Shown one piece after another: positions 30,950-47,460 of a DNA stretch of 64,000 nucleotides (its first letter is position 1; each line of letters starts with the position of its first letter). Both the position numbers and the translations under genes were made by a program. Source of the DNA: the human T2T-CHM13v2.0 reference genome, Homo sapiens. Where the stretch lies: NCBI RefSeq assembly GCF_009914755.1, contig NC_060928.1. The stretch is one strand, 5' to 3'. The notes under the pieces were generated by a model. The model made no database searches and was not told the DNA's origin. It saw only the letters and a program-made list of their open reading frames with translations.

Positions 30950-31990
30950 TCTCCTAGTAAATCTTTTAGGCTCAACTGCCAAAATATACAGAATCTGGCC
31001 ATTCCTCATCACTTCCACTGCTACCACCCTGGTTCAAACCATGATTATATCTCACCTGTGTCACTGCAACAGCCCCTTAGGTGGTGGCTGACCCTTCAGC
31101 CTATTTCTGACCCAGCCTCCCGAGTGTAAAATTTGAGTCAGATAATGCCTTGCTTTAAATCCTTTAATGGCTTATAAGGTCCTATAGATTCTGGCCTCCT
31201 CCCTGAATTGATCTCCTATTGAGCTCCTTGTTCATTCAACTGATCTCCTTGTTCATTGTATTAAAGCTGCATTGGCCTAGGTGTTCCTTCTCTGAGATAT
31301 TTATACATGCCTGGAGTATTTTTCCACACCTACCCACCTGGCTGCTCCTGCAACTCTTGTAATTCTTTATTCATATGTAGTCTTCTTAGTCTTCTCAGCA
31401 AGGCTTTCTTTGACCTTTCAGAATTGCAACTCCTTCTCCAGTATTCCCTTTCCTTGTGATATGGTTTGGGTGTGTCCACACCCAAATCTCATCTTGAATT
31501 CCCATGTATTGTGGGAGGGACCCAGTGGGAGGTAACTGAATCATAGGGGCAGGTCTTTCCTGTGCTGTTCTCATGATAGTGAATAAGTTTCACAAGATCC
31601 GATGGTTCTAAAAAGGGAAGTTTCCCTGCACAAGCTCTCTTCTCTTGTCTGCTACCATGTGAGATGTGCCTTTGACATTCTGACATAATTGTGAGGCCTC
31701 CCCAGCCATGTGGAACTGTAATTCCATTAAACCTCTTTCTTTTGTAAATTGCCCAGTCTCTGATATGTCTTTATCAGCAGCATGAAAACAGACTAATACA
31801 CCTTGCTTTTACTTTCTCACAGAAATTATCCTCATCTGATATACTCTCTATATATGTATATTCTAATCTATTGATTTATTGTCTGTTTTCCTAATAAGAG
31901 GGTAAACCATGAAAACCAGGATATTTTTCAGTTTACTCTTTAACTCCAGGACTTAAAACAGTGCTTGTAAGAAAGTGGACACTCAAAGCG
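30950..31990 (+). mobile_element. L2a split by THE1
   Basis: 'ccactgctaccaccctggttcaaacc', L2 3' end near 31950-31990. Confidence 0.7.
31457..31800 (+). mobile_element. THE1B-like solo LTR
   Basis: TGATATGGTTTGG...gactaataCA with perfect 5-bp TSD ccttg. Confidence 0.93.
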
Positions 31991-32609
31991 AATTAAAAAA
32001 GACAAAAATGTTATTGAAGATGAGAATGTAAAAATGTATACTTATTTTGTGGCATTCTGGGACATTTTAAGTAAATGAAAAAATATTAAAAGCAAACACT
32101 TGTATAAGAATGATATGCATTAAATTGATTAATCCCCGCTCCACCCCCCAACCCAACACACATCTCTTTCTCTCTCTCATCTATCTGCCAACATACCTTC
32201 ATAATACACATGGATCACTGGAAGTGTAGGGGATGAAGATATGCACCAGCTTTTGGGTAATGCATAGTCCCTGTGCTCCTCTGACACTCTAGGTCACCAG
32301 GTCACACACAATGATGACAATTCAGCTTGGCAGAGTATTGACTGTTTTTAAAATGTGCCCTGCCCTTAACTCTGACTTTGAAGAGGACACATATTGTCTC
32401 TCTTTGGGTTGAGACCTGCTAGACCTCTTATGAAAGTCAATACCACTGAAGATAAATCAAATTCTTAACCTTTGATCTGATGAACTCACTATATATTACA
32501 GCCTTTATTTATGTTTTATACTCTATTAAACTTTGTATATATAATCTTTGCCACCGTTTTCCTTGAATATTTAAAGTATACTAACAATATGATTTCCCAT
32601 AACAGAGAC

Positions 32610-33135
32610 TGCCCACACATAAATTATTTGGAATTCTTCTGCAAGGGATATTTGCTTCTTTTCCCCCATTTATTTATTTATGTAATCATTTATGTCAGTA
32701 TGGACTCATGGATATATATTTTACACCTTGTTTTATAATCCAATCAGTATTCATTTGTTTTGTTCCTTAAATTTTCCAGCTGGCCATTGGAAACTCTTTC
32801 ACTTGGCTTCTGTGTCCTTTTGACATATTCCCATCATTGTGTGTGCGTGTGTGTGTGTGTGCGCGTGCACTCGCATGTTTTAGTAATTTCCTGCTTTCTC
32901 TGCTTTCTGGTACCATTAGATACTCCAGACTCATCTTACATATTTCCTGCCTCAGTATTAGAGTCAGTCATTCCTACAAAAGCCCTGAGTTTTGTTTTGC
33001 TTTGTTGTGTTCATTGCCCCTAGGCCCTCTCAGCCAACAGAGCAAGAAAATACATGTATGATAATATACATATTTATTCACCTATATCAATATCAAGCTA
33101 ATAATGAGTTCAAACTGATGCTTCAACATTAATCC
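32610..33135 (-). mobile_element. L1MC4-like 3' region containing a (TG)n run
   Basis: 'cagtatggactcatggatat', 'ggccattggaaactctttcacttggcttctgtgtcc'. Confidence 0.7.
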
Positions 33136-33375
33136 TATATTTCTTTTCACTGGTTTATATTCCGTGACTTGCATAAGGCCTCTGCACAAGGCACAAAACA
33201 AGTATAAGTAAATAAGTGAAGAAGAATATCCTCTTCATTTTCTTCCTACTTCTGAGCTCCTGTGTTGATTCCTCTTCTTGCGTATTACATTTAGGTGTTC
33301 TCTAAAACTACTTTTTGTGTAGACAAAATTGATGTACGGTGCTTACTTGTATGGATATACTTTGTGGTCTAAGGT

Positions 33376-33447
33376 TATATATATATATATATAACCATAT
33401 ATATATAACCATATACATATATATAACCATATATTATATATATATAC
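33376..33447. repeat. (TA)n / 'accatatat' compound microsatellite
   Basis: Direct reading. Confidence 0.9.
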
Positions 33448-35263
33448 AGTTACCTCCCATGAAACTCACAGCAACTTCCTGCCACAAACACTTTCGTTTT
33501 TATATGTGAGGCCCTTTTAGCCTGGCTTCACTTGTCTACTTTTGTAATTTATTGTCCATCTTTTTCCCCTTCCCTCAGCCTACAGCAATCTATCCTAAAC
33601 ATGAATGTGGTGGTAGCTTGGACTTCACTCCTCAAAACCTCTAATAGTTTGCCTAAATCTCAGTGTCCTCTTTATTCCACCATGAGTATAGGCTTTTGAC
33701 AAAATTCAGAAAGATTTGAATAGGATTTTCACTCTGATAAGTCCATGCTCAAAAGCAGTAGACCCAGAATAGTCTAATAATAGAATGGCCAAAAAGGCAA
33801 AGTGGGGAAATAGTAATGAAAACGCATTGGCCTTCTGTACAATTTGTTTCTATACCATAAATTCCAATATTCTGTATCTCTTTCTGTCCATCCCTGACTT
33901 TCATGTCCCACAGACACTTTCCAGTTTGCACACAGAAGGAGAGATCTTTGATAAAATAATCTTTCTTCTTGTCTCTCCCTGCTGCAAATCATCTTTCCTG
34001 CTACTGCCAGTTACATCTTTATTCCTATACTCATAAAGTCTTTTGTGCTTTTCCTTGTTTCCAAAAGAGGATCTTGGCATTTGGGGTCATTGCAATATGG
34101 TCCAATTGCCTTTACAATATTTCCCCACTGCTTACTTTATGTAAACTATGCAATAATACATGAAATGCTTAATATTCTGAAAGCTAGCCCTAGATGTTCC
34201 TTACTCTGCGCATCTGCTTTTACATTTCCTTTGACCTGCTGTTAGTTTAACAGTCATTTCTTTGAACATAAACTCTCTTTTCTTTTTGCTAGTTTTAAAT
34301 ATTTTATAATTGATATACTGCATTTCCCTGTAAGTCAAAAGTATTATTTTTATTTGTTTGGCACTTGATGTAACCTCTAATTTGAGGACTCTCTTAAGGT
34401 CTATTAAGGGGTCCCAATAAGTAGTTGATCTCTACCTTTCATGGGTTTTGAAAAAGTTGCTAAAATAACAAAAAGCAAAAATGAAGGCCAAAATGTGATC
34501 TTTATTATAGGTATAGGTCAGATTAGAGAACTTAATTTTAGCTCTGCTAGTCTAGTGTGCGAGCTAATTATTGAAATCTGGAACTGGGCATATTTATTCA
34601 TTTGGACTTAGGGAGGTGGACTTCCCACATGAAGAGTCTGCAATGAAGAGGAGAGTTGCTGACCTGAACACGCTTAATGATTTTTCTCAAATAACACCCA
34701 GTAGATAAGTCACTCTGCTTCTTTGAGATAGAGTGTGTAAAGGGACAGAAAGAGGACAGAAATGCTTTTCCAATAAGTTCCTTTCATGTGGAAGAGTGAA
34801 GAACATTCTTACTCCTCTTCCTCTTAAAAAAAAATTAGACTGATGTCTTTATTTCTGGAAAAACCTCAATCCACTAGACTAGACTATTTTTAAATTGGAG
34901 TCTCTCAATTTAAAAATACTTGTGTCTCAATCTTTATGTTATTCTATATTATCTCTCTGGAATACATTTGGGTGAATTCCTAATAATGTTTTCCCACAAA
35001 TTTTCTGACTTATTACATTTTGAATAAAAGTTATCCCATTATGGTAGACACTTACAATTAAGTGTGTCTTCTTCCTCCTCAGTAAAAATCCTATTTTTGG
35101 TTAAGGAGTAGGAAGCATCTGTCCAACCCAGAAGAAATATTCATTTTCCTGCCTTTCTTTGTAGCCAGTGATGGTAAAAATTCTGAACAAAGTCTAATGG
35201 ACGCTTTGGGAAACTTTTGAAATTGTTAATAGTGTGATCTTGGACCTAAATTCATGGAGTTAC

Positions 35264-35639
35264 TGCTGTTGACTGAATGTTTTAATGTCCCCCTCTCCCC
35301 CCAAATTAATATGCTGAAATCCTAACCCCAATGTGATGATTAGGAGGTGGGGCCTTTGGGAGCCAATTAGATCATTTGGTCCAAGCATTCATGAATGGTA
35401 CTAGTGCTGTTATAAAAGGGACCCCAGAGAGCTTCCTCATCCCTTCTACTGTGTGAGGCCACAGCAAGAAGACTTCTATCTGTGAACCAGGAAGTGGGCT
35501 CTTACCAGATGCTGAATCTGCTGTCACCTTGATCTTAGATTTTCCAGTCTCCAGAACTGTGAGAAATAATACATTTCTGTTGTTTGTAAGCCACCCAGTC
35601 CATGGTATTTTCTTATAGCCTCCCATTTAAACTAAGACA
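35264..35639 (+). mobile_element. MLT1A-like solo LTR
   Basis: TG...actaagaCA, 'ccagaactgtgagaaataa', near-TSD gttac/gttat. Confidence 0.85.
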
Positions 35640-35699
35640 GTTATTGATTCAATTTTAAGAAAAACCTGTCTTCAGATGAAAACACATAAACAAATATGG

Positions 35700-36680
35700 T
35701 TTTTCAATTGGCCAATGATCTTTCCTACTTTGTGTATTGTCTCTTAATATCCCTTGCCAAATTTTCTGTTTTAAATTTATTTTCTGTCTTTTTCTTATTG
35801 ATTAGCGAGTATTTTGTATGTGATCTGGATATCAACCTTTTGTTAGCTTTATGCATTGCCAATAATCTCCCATTCTGCAGCTTTGTATTTCTACTTTCTG
35901 TATAAATTTCAAATTTAATGTGGTTTAATATATAAATATTTTAATTTAGGACATATATATATATATTTTATGACTTGTCTAAGAACTCTTTGCTGTTGTG
36001 ATTTACAGACTTGAAGCTATATTCCTACATTTTCTTCCAAATTTTAAAGTTTTCTTTTTCCCAATAGATCATTAAGCAACATAAAATCAATATTTGTGCT
36101 TGGCATGAGCCTATTTCTTGGCTCTCTGTTTTGTTCTAATGATCTTTTTCTCTGTCCTTATGAGAACACAAAATAGCTTAAATATAAACCTTGACTTTCT
36201 TCAAAGTAGTCTTGTCTCTATTGGACCTTTTATTTCCATATAAATGTTTAACATTATGAACTTTACATGAATCATTCATTATATGTCCATGTAAAGTCTT
36301 ATTGGTATTTTAATTGAAATTACATTGATTTCAGAGTTTGATTTGGAGAAAATTCAGTGTTATGTGACATTGAGTCTTTCAGTCCATGAGCATTGCATAT
36401 CTCTCCATTTATTAAGTTTTTTCTTCCTCAAAAATTTTGGTAATATTTCTGCCGGTTTCACACATCTTTTAAAAACTTTATTCCAATATAATGAATAATT
36501 TTTATATGAATGACAGTGGATAATTTTTATATTAAATAGGTTTTACTTGAATATGAGAATGCTATTTAGTTTTCTATGTTGATCCTGTATTCAGACATCT
36601 TAGCAGATTCTCTTACTAATTCTGATATTTGGTCCCTTGAATGTCTTTGTCTTTGATTTTATATGTAGACAATTGTATAA
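35700..36680 (-). mobile_element. Old L1M(E) ORF2 remnant
   Basis: 'tggatatcaaccttttgttag', 'tccatgagcattgcatatctctccattt'. Confidence 0.7.
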
Positions 36681-37439
36681 AGCAATTTAGGTTCTACTAC
36701 ATGCTAAGGAAATTATGCTACAGGGTCTAAGAAAACTAAAGGATGAATTTGCAGTAAGGAGTTTGGAGGAAGGAAGTTTCAAGATGGTATAGTGGCTCAG
36801 TGGTTTCACTGAGGACCAGACTTCTAATTTCATGCTCACTCATTTTGGCAGTATTAGTTTCATCCTCATTATTACAAGATGGCCACTGTACTGTCAGGCA
36901 TAAAGTCACCATTTCATTCAGGAAGAAAATGGAAGGCCTCTTGGACCCCTCCCTCACCCCATTCTTCCACCTGGAGGGGTTGCACACTGTATAAGACCTT
37001 TCCTTCCCCTGTAGTAACTTTCACTGATGTCACTTCCTTTGCTGTGATGCACTTTCTTGTTCAGTTGCAGGCAACACATTTTCCCAGGCAACACCTAATA
37101 ATAGCTCTACCCAATTCCAAACTGCCTGCTGTGTAAATGGTCCAATTATCCTTCCAAGGGTACGGATATTCTTATTTTTGTCCTTTGCTCAGTGGAAAAG
37201 GAAACAGAGGCAGATAGACTCACAGTACAAATTTAGCAAGTAAAGATGTCAGATACCTGTCTTCTCTTCTTTTACTAAAGCATTTACTACAATTTTTCCC
37301 TTTCCCCAATAAAGCTTATTCCTTAATCCAACTGCACATTTGTAACATTGTGCAATTTGTCCCAAGCTCTATTGTACAAGAGGTGATGACCATGTTGGGA
37401 TAGCTCTTATGTAACACTTTCTAATTCCTGTAGCTGTTA

Positions 37440-38990
37440 TTTACTTTTTGTTTTCCGTCTGGTTGCATTGGCTATCTATTGTATATCCCCAATAGATATA
37501 CGATACATTTTACAATGTGTATTCTTGATTTTTCTGAACTGAAGCAAAATGAGACTGTTTTCGAAATATAATATTTACCTAGTGTTTTCATTATATATTT
37601 AACAAAGTTTTCTTTTTTCTTAATTTTTAATATTTTCTTTTGCATAGATGTCAAACTTTATGAAAATTCCTTTCTACATTGAGAAAATATTTTTTTCTAT
37701 TAGACTATTAATGTGGAGAGTTATAATAATAAACATTTTTCCTGATATTCAACCAAGAATTATTTTCAATAACACTATCGATCATAATTATTTTTAATAT
37801 TCTATAGTATCATATAAATAGTATTTATTTAGATTCTATCTATATATGTGTGTGAAATGGTCCTTTTTGTGTGTGAATTGTTCTGATGTGAGCTCAATAT
37901 CAACAGTTTCCTAGCCTTATTAAATGAACTGAATAACTTTTATTTACCTTTTATATCATGTAGTACAACTTATAAAGGATCGGAACTAACTTTTGTTATT
38001 ATAAATGCAATCTTTTCTGAATTACGTTTCAAAGTACACTTAGATTTTAGAGTAAACAGTTTGGATTATAGTAACTCTCTATTGCAATTAATTTTATACA
38101 CAATAACATTGCTAAACTCTATTAATTCTAATACTTTCTCCATAGAAGTTATTATTTGATTTTCTTTATAGAATCTACAAATTATATTTTTCTTACGTCA
38201 TTGTGATTTTTGTTCATCGTAACTTATTTTTGTAATCTTATTACATTGATTAGAACCTCTGTACAATAGTAGAGATAAAAACTGAATCTCTGTGTTGTGA
38301 CTGATTTTAAACAATGTATTTTTAACTTTTACTATTGACTATATGTAATATGTGTTTTCATTTTTGGTAGATACCCTTAGACATTATAAGAAAGTTTTCT
38401 TCTTGTGTAAATTTGCAAAGTTTTTAAAATAAAAAAGTACTGAATTTTACTGAATACTGTTTGCACTTTTAACTCACCTTTAACATGGCTTTTGTTACTT
38501 TTGTATGTTAACCTAAATTTATATTCCTTGTAAAAGTTTTCTAATTTTTTTTAGATGATTGTTTATGATTATACATGGGACTGACTGTGAGTTTGATTTT
38601 CTTGTATTGTTTATATTTTGCTTTGATATTATGGTTATATGAGTCTAATTTAAGAAACGTATATTGTTTCTTCTTTTCCTATTCCCTGAAAGAGTGTTAC
38701 ATTTGGAAATAAGATTTCCTTGAATTTTTAGTCAAATTTTCCTGTAAAACAGTATGAGCTAATATTTTCTTAGTTATTAACAGAATTTCCTTAGTAGTCA
38801 AGCATCTATACAAGTACTGATATGCTTTTGATTCAATTTTATTTATTTTCATAGGAAGTTTTACTTCATTTTCAAAATTATTTGAATATTATTCTCAAAA
38901 CCATATGAATACTATTTACTTTATTAAAAAAAAGTTTTGTTAAGTAATACATGTCTAAAAAGTACCTGAGACTTAAATGTACCAAACAAT
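37440..38990 (-). mobile_element. Highly decayed L1M fragments
   Basis: T-rich L1 antisense motifs such as 'ttttggtagataccctt', 'tgatattatggttat'. Confidence 0.5.
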
Positions 38991-39030
38991 AATTATACCA
39001 GTATCACTCATGTTGCCACCACTTATGTCA

Positions 39031-40419
<1,389 letters not shown>

Positions 40420-40967
40420 AAGAAATAGGATATTGAGAGTATCTTAGAAATTCTCCTACACAGTCCTTCCAGATAGCATCCTTCTCCCACTTAAATGCAA
40501 CCAACATTTTGATTTTTATGGTAATTATATCCCTACAGTTTTTATTTTTACCTCCTATGCGAGCATCACTATGCAATAGAGTTCAGTTTGGCTTATTTTT
40601 GAACCTTCAAAATAGAATCATACTATACATATCTTCATACTTGATACTATACATACTTGATATCTTCTTACATATCAAGTCTTTTGCTCAACATTAGGTG
40701 TGTAAGACTCGTCCATGTTGACACAGTGCAGGTTCATTTTGGTATATAACGTTTTCTTTAAATTTCAATCAAAAAAATTTTTTAAATTTCCATTATGATT
40801 ATTCTTTGACTAGGGATTATTAGGTATATACTTCCTTAGTCCAAAAATATGGAAATTTTCTAGTTATCTTTGTATTACTGAATTTAGCAAAATTTTATAA
40901 TGATCAGAGAGCATGCATTGAAAGACTTCAACCTTTTACATTTGTTACTTTGCTTTATCTCTAGTTA

Positions 40968-41135
<168 letters not shown>

Positions 41136-42232
41136 TTATGGTTGAAAGTAATATATATTCTGCAATCTTTGTTAATTTATCTATCATATTGTTTAAATTA
41201 AACTTATACTTTAAAAAGCCTATTCTATCAATAGGCTAGTTAAAAATATTCCTAATTTACAGATTTATCCGTTTTTCCTTTATTTTTGTCAATTTTGGTT
41301 TTTGTCATTTTTGCACCATTTAAAAGAAATTTGATGAGGTGCATATAAATTCAAAATAGTTAATTTTTCCTGGTTCGTAGACCTGTTTATCTTTCTCAAT
41401 TGACATTTCTTATCTTCAAAGAAGTCTTCTTTATCAATCGGATTCTTTATTTTTAAGTTTTTGCCTTAAAGACTATTTTGTCTGTAATCAATAGAGAAAT
41501 ACTAGGATTCTTCCGGACAGTGCTTGCTTGGTTAATCTTTTTCTTTTCAAAATTTCTGTACTATTCTATTTTACAAGTGTCTATCATTGACATCACATAG
41601 TTTAAAAAATGTAATCTGACAATAATTTACTTTTTGTTGGAGCACACACCACTAACATTCAATGCAATTAATGATGATATATTTTAAGATATATATTAAC
41701 ATATATTATTTCAATGTATTTTATAAAATTCCAAATATATCACTATTATTATTTACAGTAAATATAAATAATGTTTATTAGGAATCGTTGGGGTTCTAGA
41801 ATCCTGTTTTGATGTCTTTCAATTCTGAAAAATCCTCAATTCATATATGCACACACATATATATTCATAGTACTTATTGGCAAAAAGATTTTTCAAAGTA
41901 GTCATTTAGTTGTACCAATATTATGCTTTTTGGTACGCAAATTGTCTCATCTTGGCCAATAAAAACCACTCTCTTGAAGCATCTGCATGCACGCACATGA
42001 CATTTTAAGAACAACATAGTGATGTTATTTTTAAAGCAATATAATATTGAACATAGTTTACAATTATTGAAGACTTCCTTGTCCACAAGGTATATTCCAC
42101 TCTACAGACACAGTTTTAAACTAATTTGAAATATTTTTCTCTGAGATTATACTATTATCTAGATACATAGCTAGATCCATTTATTGTATTTTATTTTCAA
42201 ATTTAACCATCACTTTTTACATTTTCATTTAA

Positions 42233-42495
<263 letters not shown>

Positions 42496-42811
42496 AAACT
42501 TTTGACTTTTACAGTGGCCATTTAGAAAACATTTCCTGTGTTTTTTAAGGTACCACAAATATTATCTGATTCTGTGGAGCAGTGTTTTACAAACGTCCAT
42601 TAGATCAAGCCCATTCATGGTATTATTCAAATTTTCTGTTTTTTCCAAGAGGTAAAGGTTACTTTTCCAAGACTGATGTTCTTCAACTTGTCTTCTAGAG
42701 AGGGATTATGCCTCCTGTGAAGCTCCTTATAAACCAGCCAAATCCAACCACTTAAGGCAATAATTTCTAGCCAACCACAAAAATTGAATCCCAGTTCCCT
42801 GATAGTGCCAA

Positions 42812-42890
42812 GGAAGCAAGCAGCAGGATTTACCACACCAATGTTTATCTAGCCATGAACGTTGGTGTGGTAATCCTGCTGCTTGCTTCC
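42812..42890. repeat. 79-nt near-perfect inverted repeat (hairpin)
   Basis: ggaagcaagcagcaggatttaccacaccaatgtttat-ctagcc-atgaacgttggtgtggtaatcctgctgcttgcttcc. Confidence 0.95.
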
Positions 42891-44649
42891 ATACCAAATA
42901 GCAGCATCCTCATGGCTGGGATTCCTAGTCACACCAGGGATGGGCTGGTTATCTTCCAACAGCAAACACAAATGTAGAGATGTCAGGAAGACAGGCTGGA
43001 TCCACATTCTGTTACATTATATTGCTATTATATCATAACCCATGATAACACCAGGGGAATGGTTAGAGCTGTTTAAAAAAGGAGGCACCTCGAAGCCCTG
43101 TTGCCCAAGTATCAAGATCTCTGCTGAAGTTTTACGTCTGGCACTGCTAAATTGCTGTAGGCTGCCAATCTTGTGATAAGCAAGGAAGGATATACAAGTC
43201 TGCTACGGATCCTGTTTTCCTGAGTTTTTCTCCAATGAATGCTGATCCAGCAGACCTTGTGCAGGTGCCATCTAATCATTTGCTTTTGTTTGCATGACAT
43301 TTACTAATTTATTGCCACTTGATCAAACAGTTACCTAAAAATATCAGGTAAATTATCCTTCTATGATATTGATTGGTAGTTTGTTTTTTTTTTTTTTTTA
43401 GTGCAGAACTGGGCCAAATAAGCATGTCTCAGAGTTACTGCCTCTGTGGGGATTTGGGATTTTGACAGATGCAGTCATTGTTACATGAGGTGGTTTTGCT
43501 CAGTCCCTAGAAGTAATTAGTGAGACTAACCTGCCTGCCTAGCTCCAGTTAGTAGGAATAGAGATTTTCAGTGATTTTTCAGCTTTCTTTAACACGTTGT
43601 AGGGCTTGCCTACCTTCTAGCTTCAAACATTGATCCTGTCTCTGGCCCACCATTTCCTGCAATACCACTTTGGTTTCCTTTAACCTCTAGATGCCAAATT
43701 CCTTACTGCCTACTTCTGTGCAAACACACTAGTAAACCCGCAGATTAACTCCTGCCAAGCTATGTTATTGTGGCTTTTCTTTTTTATTTTATTTATCTGA
43801 CATTTTTCTTTTTTGGTTTGGAATAGAGGAAGTTTTTAAACCCAAACCCCAATAATCCATATTGACCTTTTTGCAAATATGCATAATTGACTTTACGCAA
43901 ATTCTAGGCATAACATTTTTTTAAATAACTTTTTATTACCTGAATGTTGTCAGCTTTAAATTTTTGATTTCGTTGCCTTATCAGATTTCTTTATGTGATT
44001 TGGAATTTTAGTTTTGTCTTGAGAAGGAGGCTGTCCACTTACCCATTTGTTTTACTTTCTTTATGTTTACCCTTCCCTGTCTGTTAGGTTTGTGACTGTC
44101 TTCACCAGTCTTCTGAGGCCCTGCTCCAGACGCAGGTCTTACATTAGTGGCTCAGGGCATTCATGCCTCAGTTATTTTCTAGATCCAGCAACTGAGTGAG
44201 TTGGTATTTAGGCCTAGCGTTCACTGAAGTTATCTTTTGTCCTCCTAACAGAGTATATAAACTTCAACCCTGAGTAGACATCAAGAATCTTCCACTTATT
44301 ATTTGGGGGAAAGAATTCTGTCACAGTCTTTGCATGCATGCAGTGACACCAATCTGACCCTCAGAGTGGTCTCTATTATAATATAGGGGACAAACTGACA
44401 TCTGTTTCTACTTATTTCATTACTAAGACTTTGCCATAATCGTCAATTTATTGCTGTGTACCTAATTCCAAAGAGGTGTTTATCTTGATTTGAATGCTAT
44501 GATTGTTAAACAAGTGAACACACTTATCATTGCTATACATTTGGAATATCTTGTGTCATAAAGCAAAGGAGTGCTCAAACATGATGAGAACTTATCAATA
44601 GAATAGAGGAGACAGCTCAAAGTGATTTACACTGGCCAACATTGGGTCA

Positions 44650-45093
<444 letters not shown>

Positions 45094-45435
45094 TTAAAAT
45101 CACCATTGGAAAGAGAGAAAGATAAAATAAATACAATAAAATGTTAATTGTGGAATTTGGGTAAAGGATATTCAGATGTTATTTGTATTACTCTTGTGAC
45201 ATTTGTGTCAGTTTGAAATTATTTCAATATAATAGTATAGAAAAGAGTAACATATTAAAACTGTCTCAAATTGTGTTGCTTTAAGAAAGCCAAAAGAATT
45301 CAAAATTAGGAAATATATGTACATGAATATAAATCAAAAAAATATGTTTAAGGAGGAAATATATACAAACATCTGAATTTTAATAAAAATGTTAGGTAAA
45401 ATTTCTTGTCCATTTCGTTATAAGTACCTTAATTA

Positions 45436-45748
<313 letters not shown>

Positions 45749-46709
45749 TTAAGTGGAAATAGAAGCTATATACTGATAAAAGTGTCATCTCAAAGAAAAA
45801 TTCAGCCTTATGAATATAATAAAAGATGATAGATTTTCATTAAATTTGATTTTAAAAACTTGAGTATCTGCTTTCATCATAGGTTTTATACTATATTTGT
45901 AAATATTGTTTCTTCAGTATTATAAGATAAATATTGAATAGATTTTGAAAAACATTATTTTCATAAGATATTATCTAGAGAAGCAAAGATAGGCAATAAG
46001 AAAACTATCAGGAGTTTTCAGGTAGTCATTTATTAAACAAAAATTAGTGCCATTCTATATCTACCCAGGTAATTGCTTTGAAAATATATTGAAAAATAAA
46101 CCCATGGTAAAAATAGGATGTGGCCTTTGAGATATTGAGGAATTTTAAATTTTTGGAAGATGGAGAGCAGATAAAAATTTATTTTACAGACAAAATAGAT
46201 GAGTTGAGGAAAACACAGATGTGAATACATATAGAAGTGCTGTAGTGAAGTTTGGTTTCAATTGGCCTGAAAGAGCTGTTTGAGTCAGCTCTGAATGAGT
46301 AGGGAGGTAGGGAGAAAGATTGCTAAAATTGCAGGTATTAGAAGAAGATTTTACAGTGACCCCTTTCTCTACCCTCCACAACTCCAGCACCTGAAGCTGT
46401 GGGCAGTCTGATGTTGATCTCCAGAAAGTCTATGGATGCATCAGAGAGAATTAGAGTCAAAGGTACATTTTTTTAGAAAAATTTTCTGAAAGCCTAAGCT
46501 GCTGTGAGACTTTTTTTCCTCCTTCTGTAATATGGAGTGATTCAACTCTATATTTCTGTGGGAAGGTCACCCTCTAAATCCTGTAAAACAACAGCAGAGC
46601 TTATATATCATATGACATCTGAAGAAAGCAGGTCTGGTTAAATTTGGGAAGCAGAAAGCTTTGGCTCTTCAATGTAGAGGAGAGGGACATCAGTGCTTCT
46701 CTTGGTTTA

Positions 46710-47011
46710 CTTGTTTGTTTGTTTTGTTGTTGTTTGAGACTGGGTCTCACTCTGTTGCCATGGCTGGAGTGCAGTGGCATAATCATGGCTCACTGTAGCC
46801 TCAATTTTCTGAGCTCAAGGGATCCTCCTGGCTCAGCCTCCAGAATAGCTGGAGGTGCGTGCCACCATGCCTGTTTAATATTTTTATTTTTATAGAGACA
46901 GGGTCCTCCTATGTTGCCCAGTCTGGTCTCAAACTCCTGGGCTCAAGTGATCCTTCCACCTCAACTTCCCAAAATGCTGGGATTGCAGATGTGAGCCACC
47001 ACACCCAGCCT
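46710..47011 (-). mobile_element. AluJ
   Basis: 'atcatggctcactgtagcctc', 'ctcctgggctcaagtgatcc'. Confidence 0.92.
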
Positions 47012-47099
47012 CATGCTCCTCTTTGGATTCTTAGAAAAGACTATGGCTCACAGGCCATACATGAGAGAATGCATGTTTACGATGACTATTTTACATTAG

Positions 47100-47460
47100 T
47101 ATGGTAGATTTGTTATAATTTGTTAACCAATTTTAATACATTATTAACTACAGTTCATAATTTATTTTCTTAATTGTTATCTAATGTCCTTCTTCTCTTC
47201 TAGGATCCCATACAAGATACCACAATATAGTCAGTTGTCATGTGTCTTTAGGCTCCTCTTGGCCGTAACAGTTGCTCTGACATTCCTGGTTTTTGGTGAC
47301 CTTGACAATTTTGAGAAATACTGGTCAGGTACATGGTAGAATATCTCTCTATTGAAATTTGTCTGATGTTTTACTTGCTATTAGATTGAGGTTATTGATT
47401 TTTGAAAGTAAGACCATCTAGGTTAAGTGCCACTTTTATAATATTTAATTAAAGGTACAT
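47100..47460 (-). mobile_element. L1MC4/5-like 3' region
   Basis: 'aggatcccatacaagatacc', 'gaccttgacaattttgagaaatactggtcagg'. Confidence 0.7.

Noticed and set aside
42818-42839. miR-15/16-type seed AGCAGCA in the hairpin 5' arm
   Set aside because: It lies in the basal stem, upstream of where Drosha would be expected to cut, so it is unlikely to be the seed.
42855-42920. 'NVGVVILLLAS' resemblance to cytochrome b (NUMT)
   Set aside because: Similarity does not extend on either side, and the segment is one arm of the hairpin.
43195-43230. Minus-strand peptide EKLRKTGSVAD resembling a Tc1/mariner transposase N-terminal motif
   Set aside because: Only ~10 residues; no flanking HTH or GRP motif, no TIRs; likely chance.
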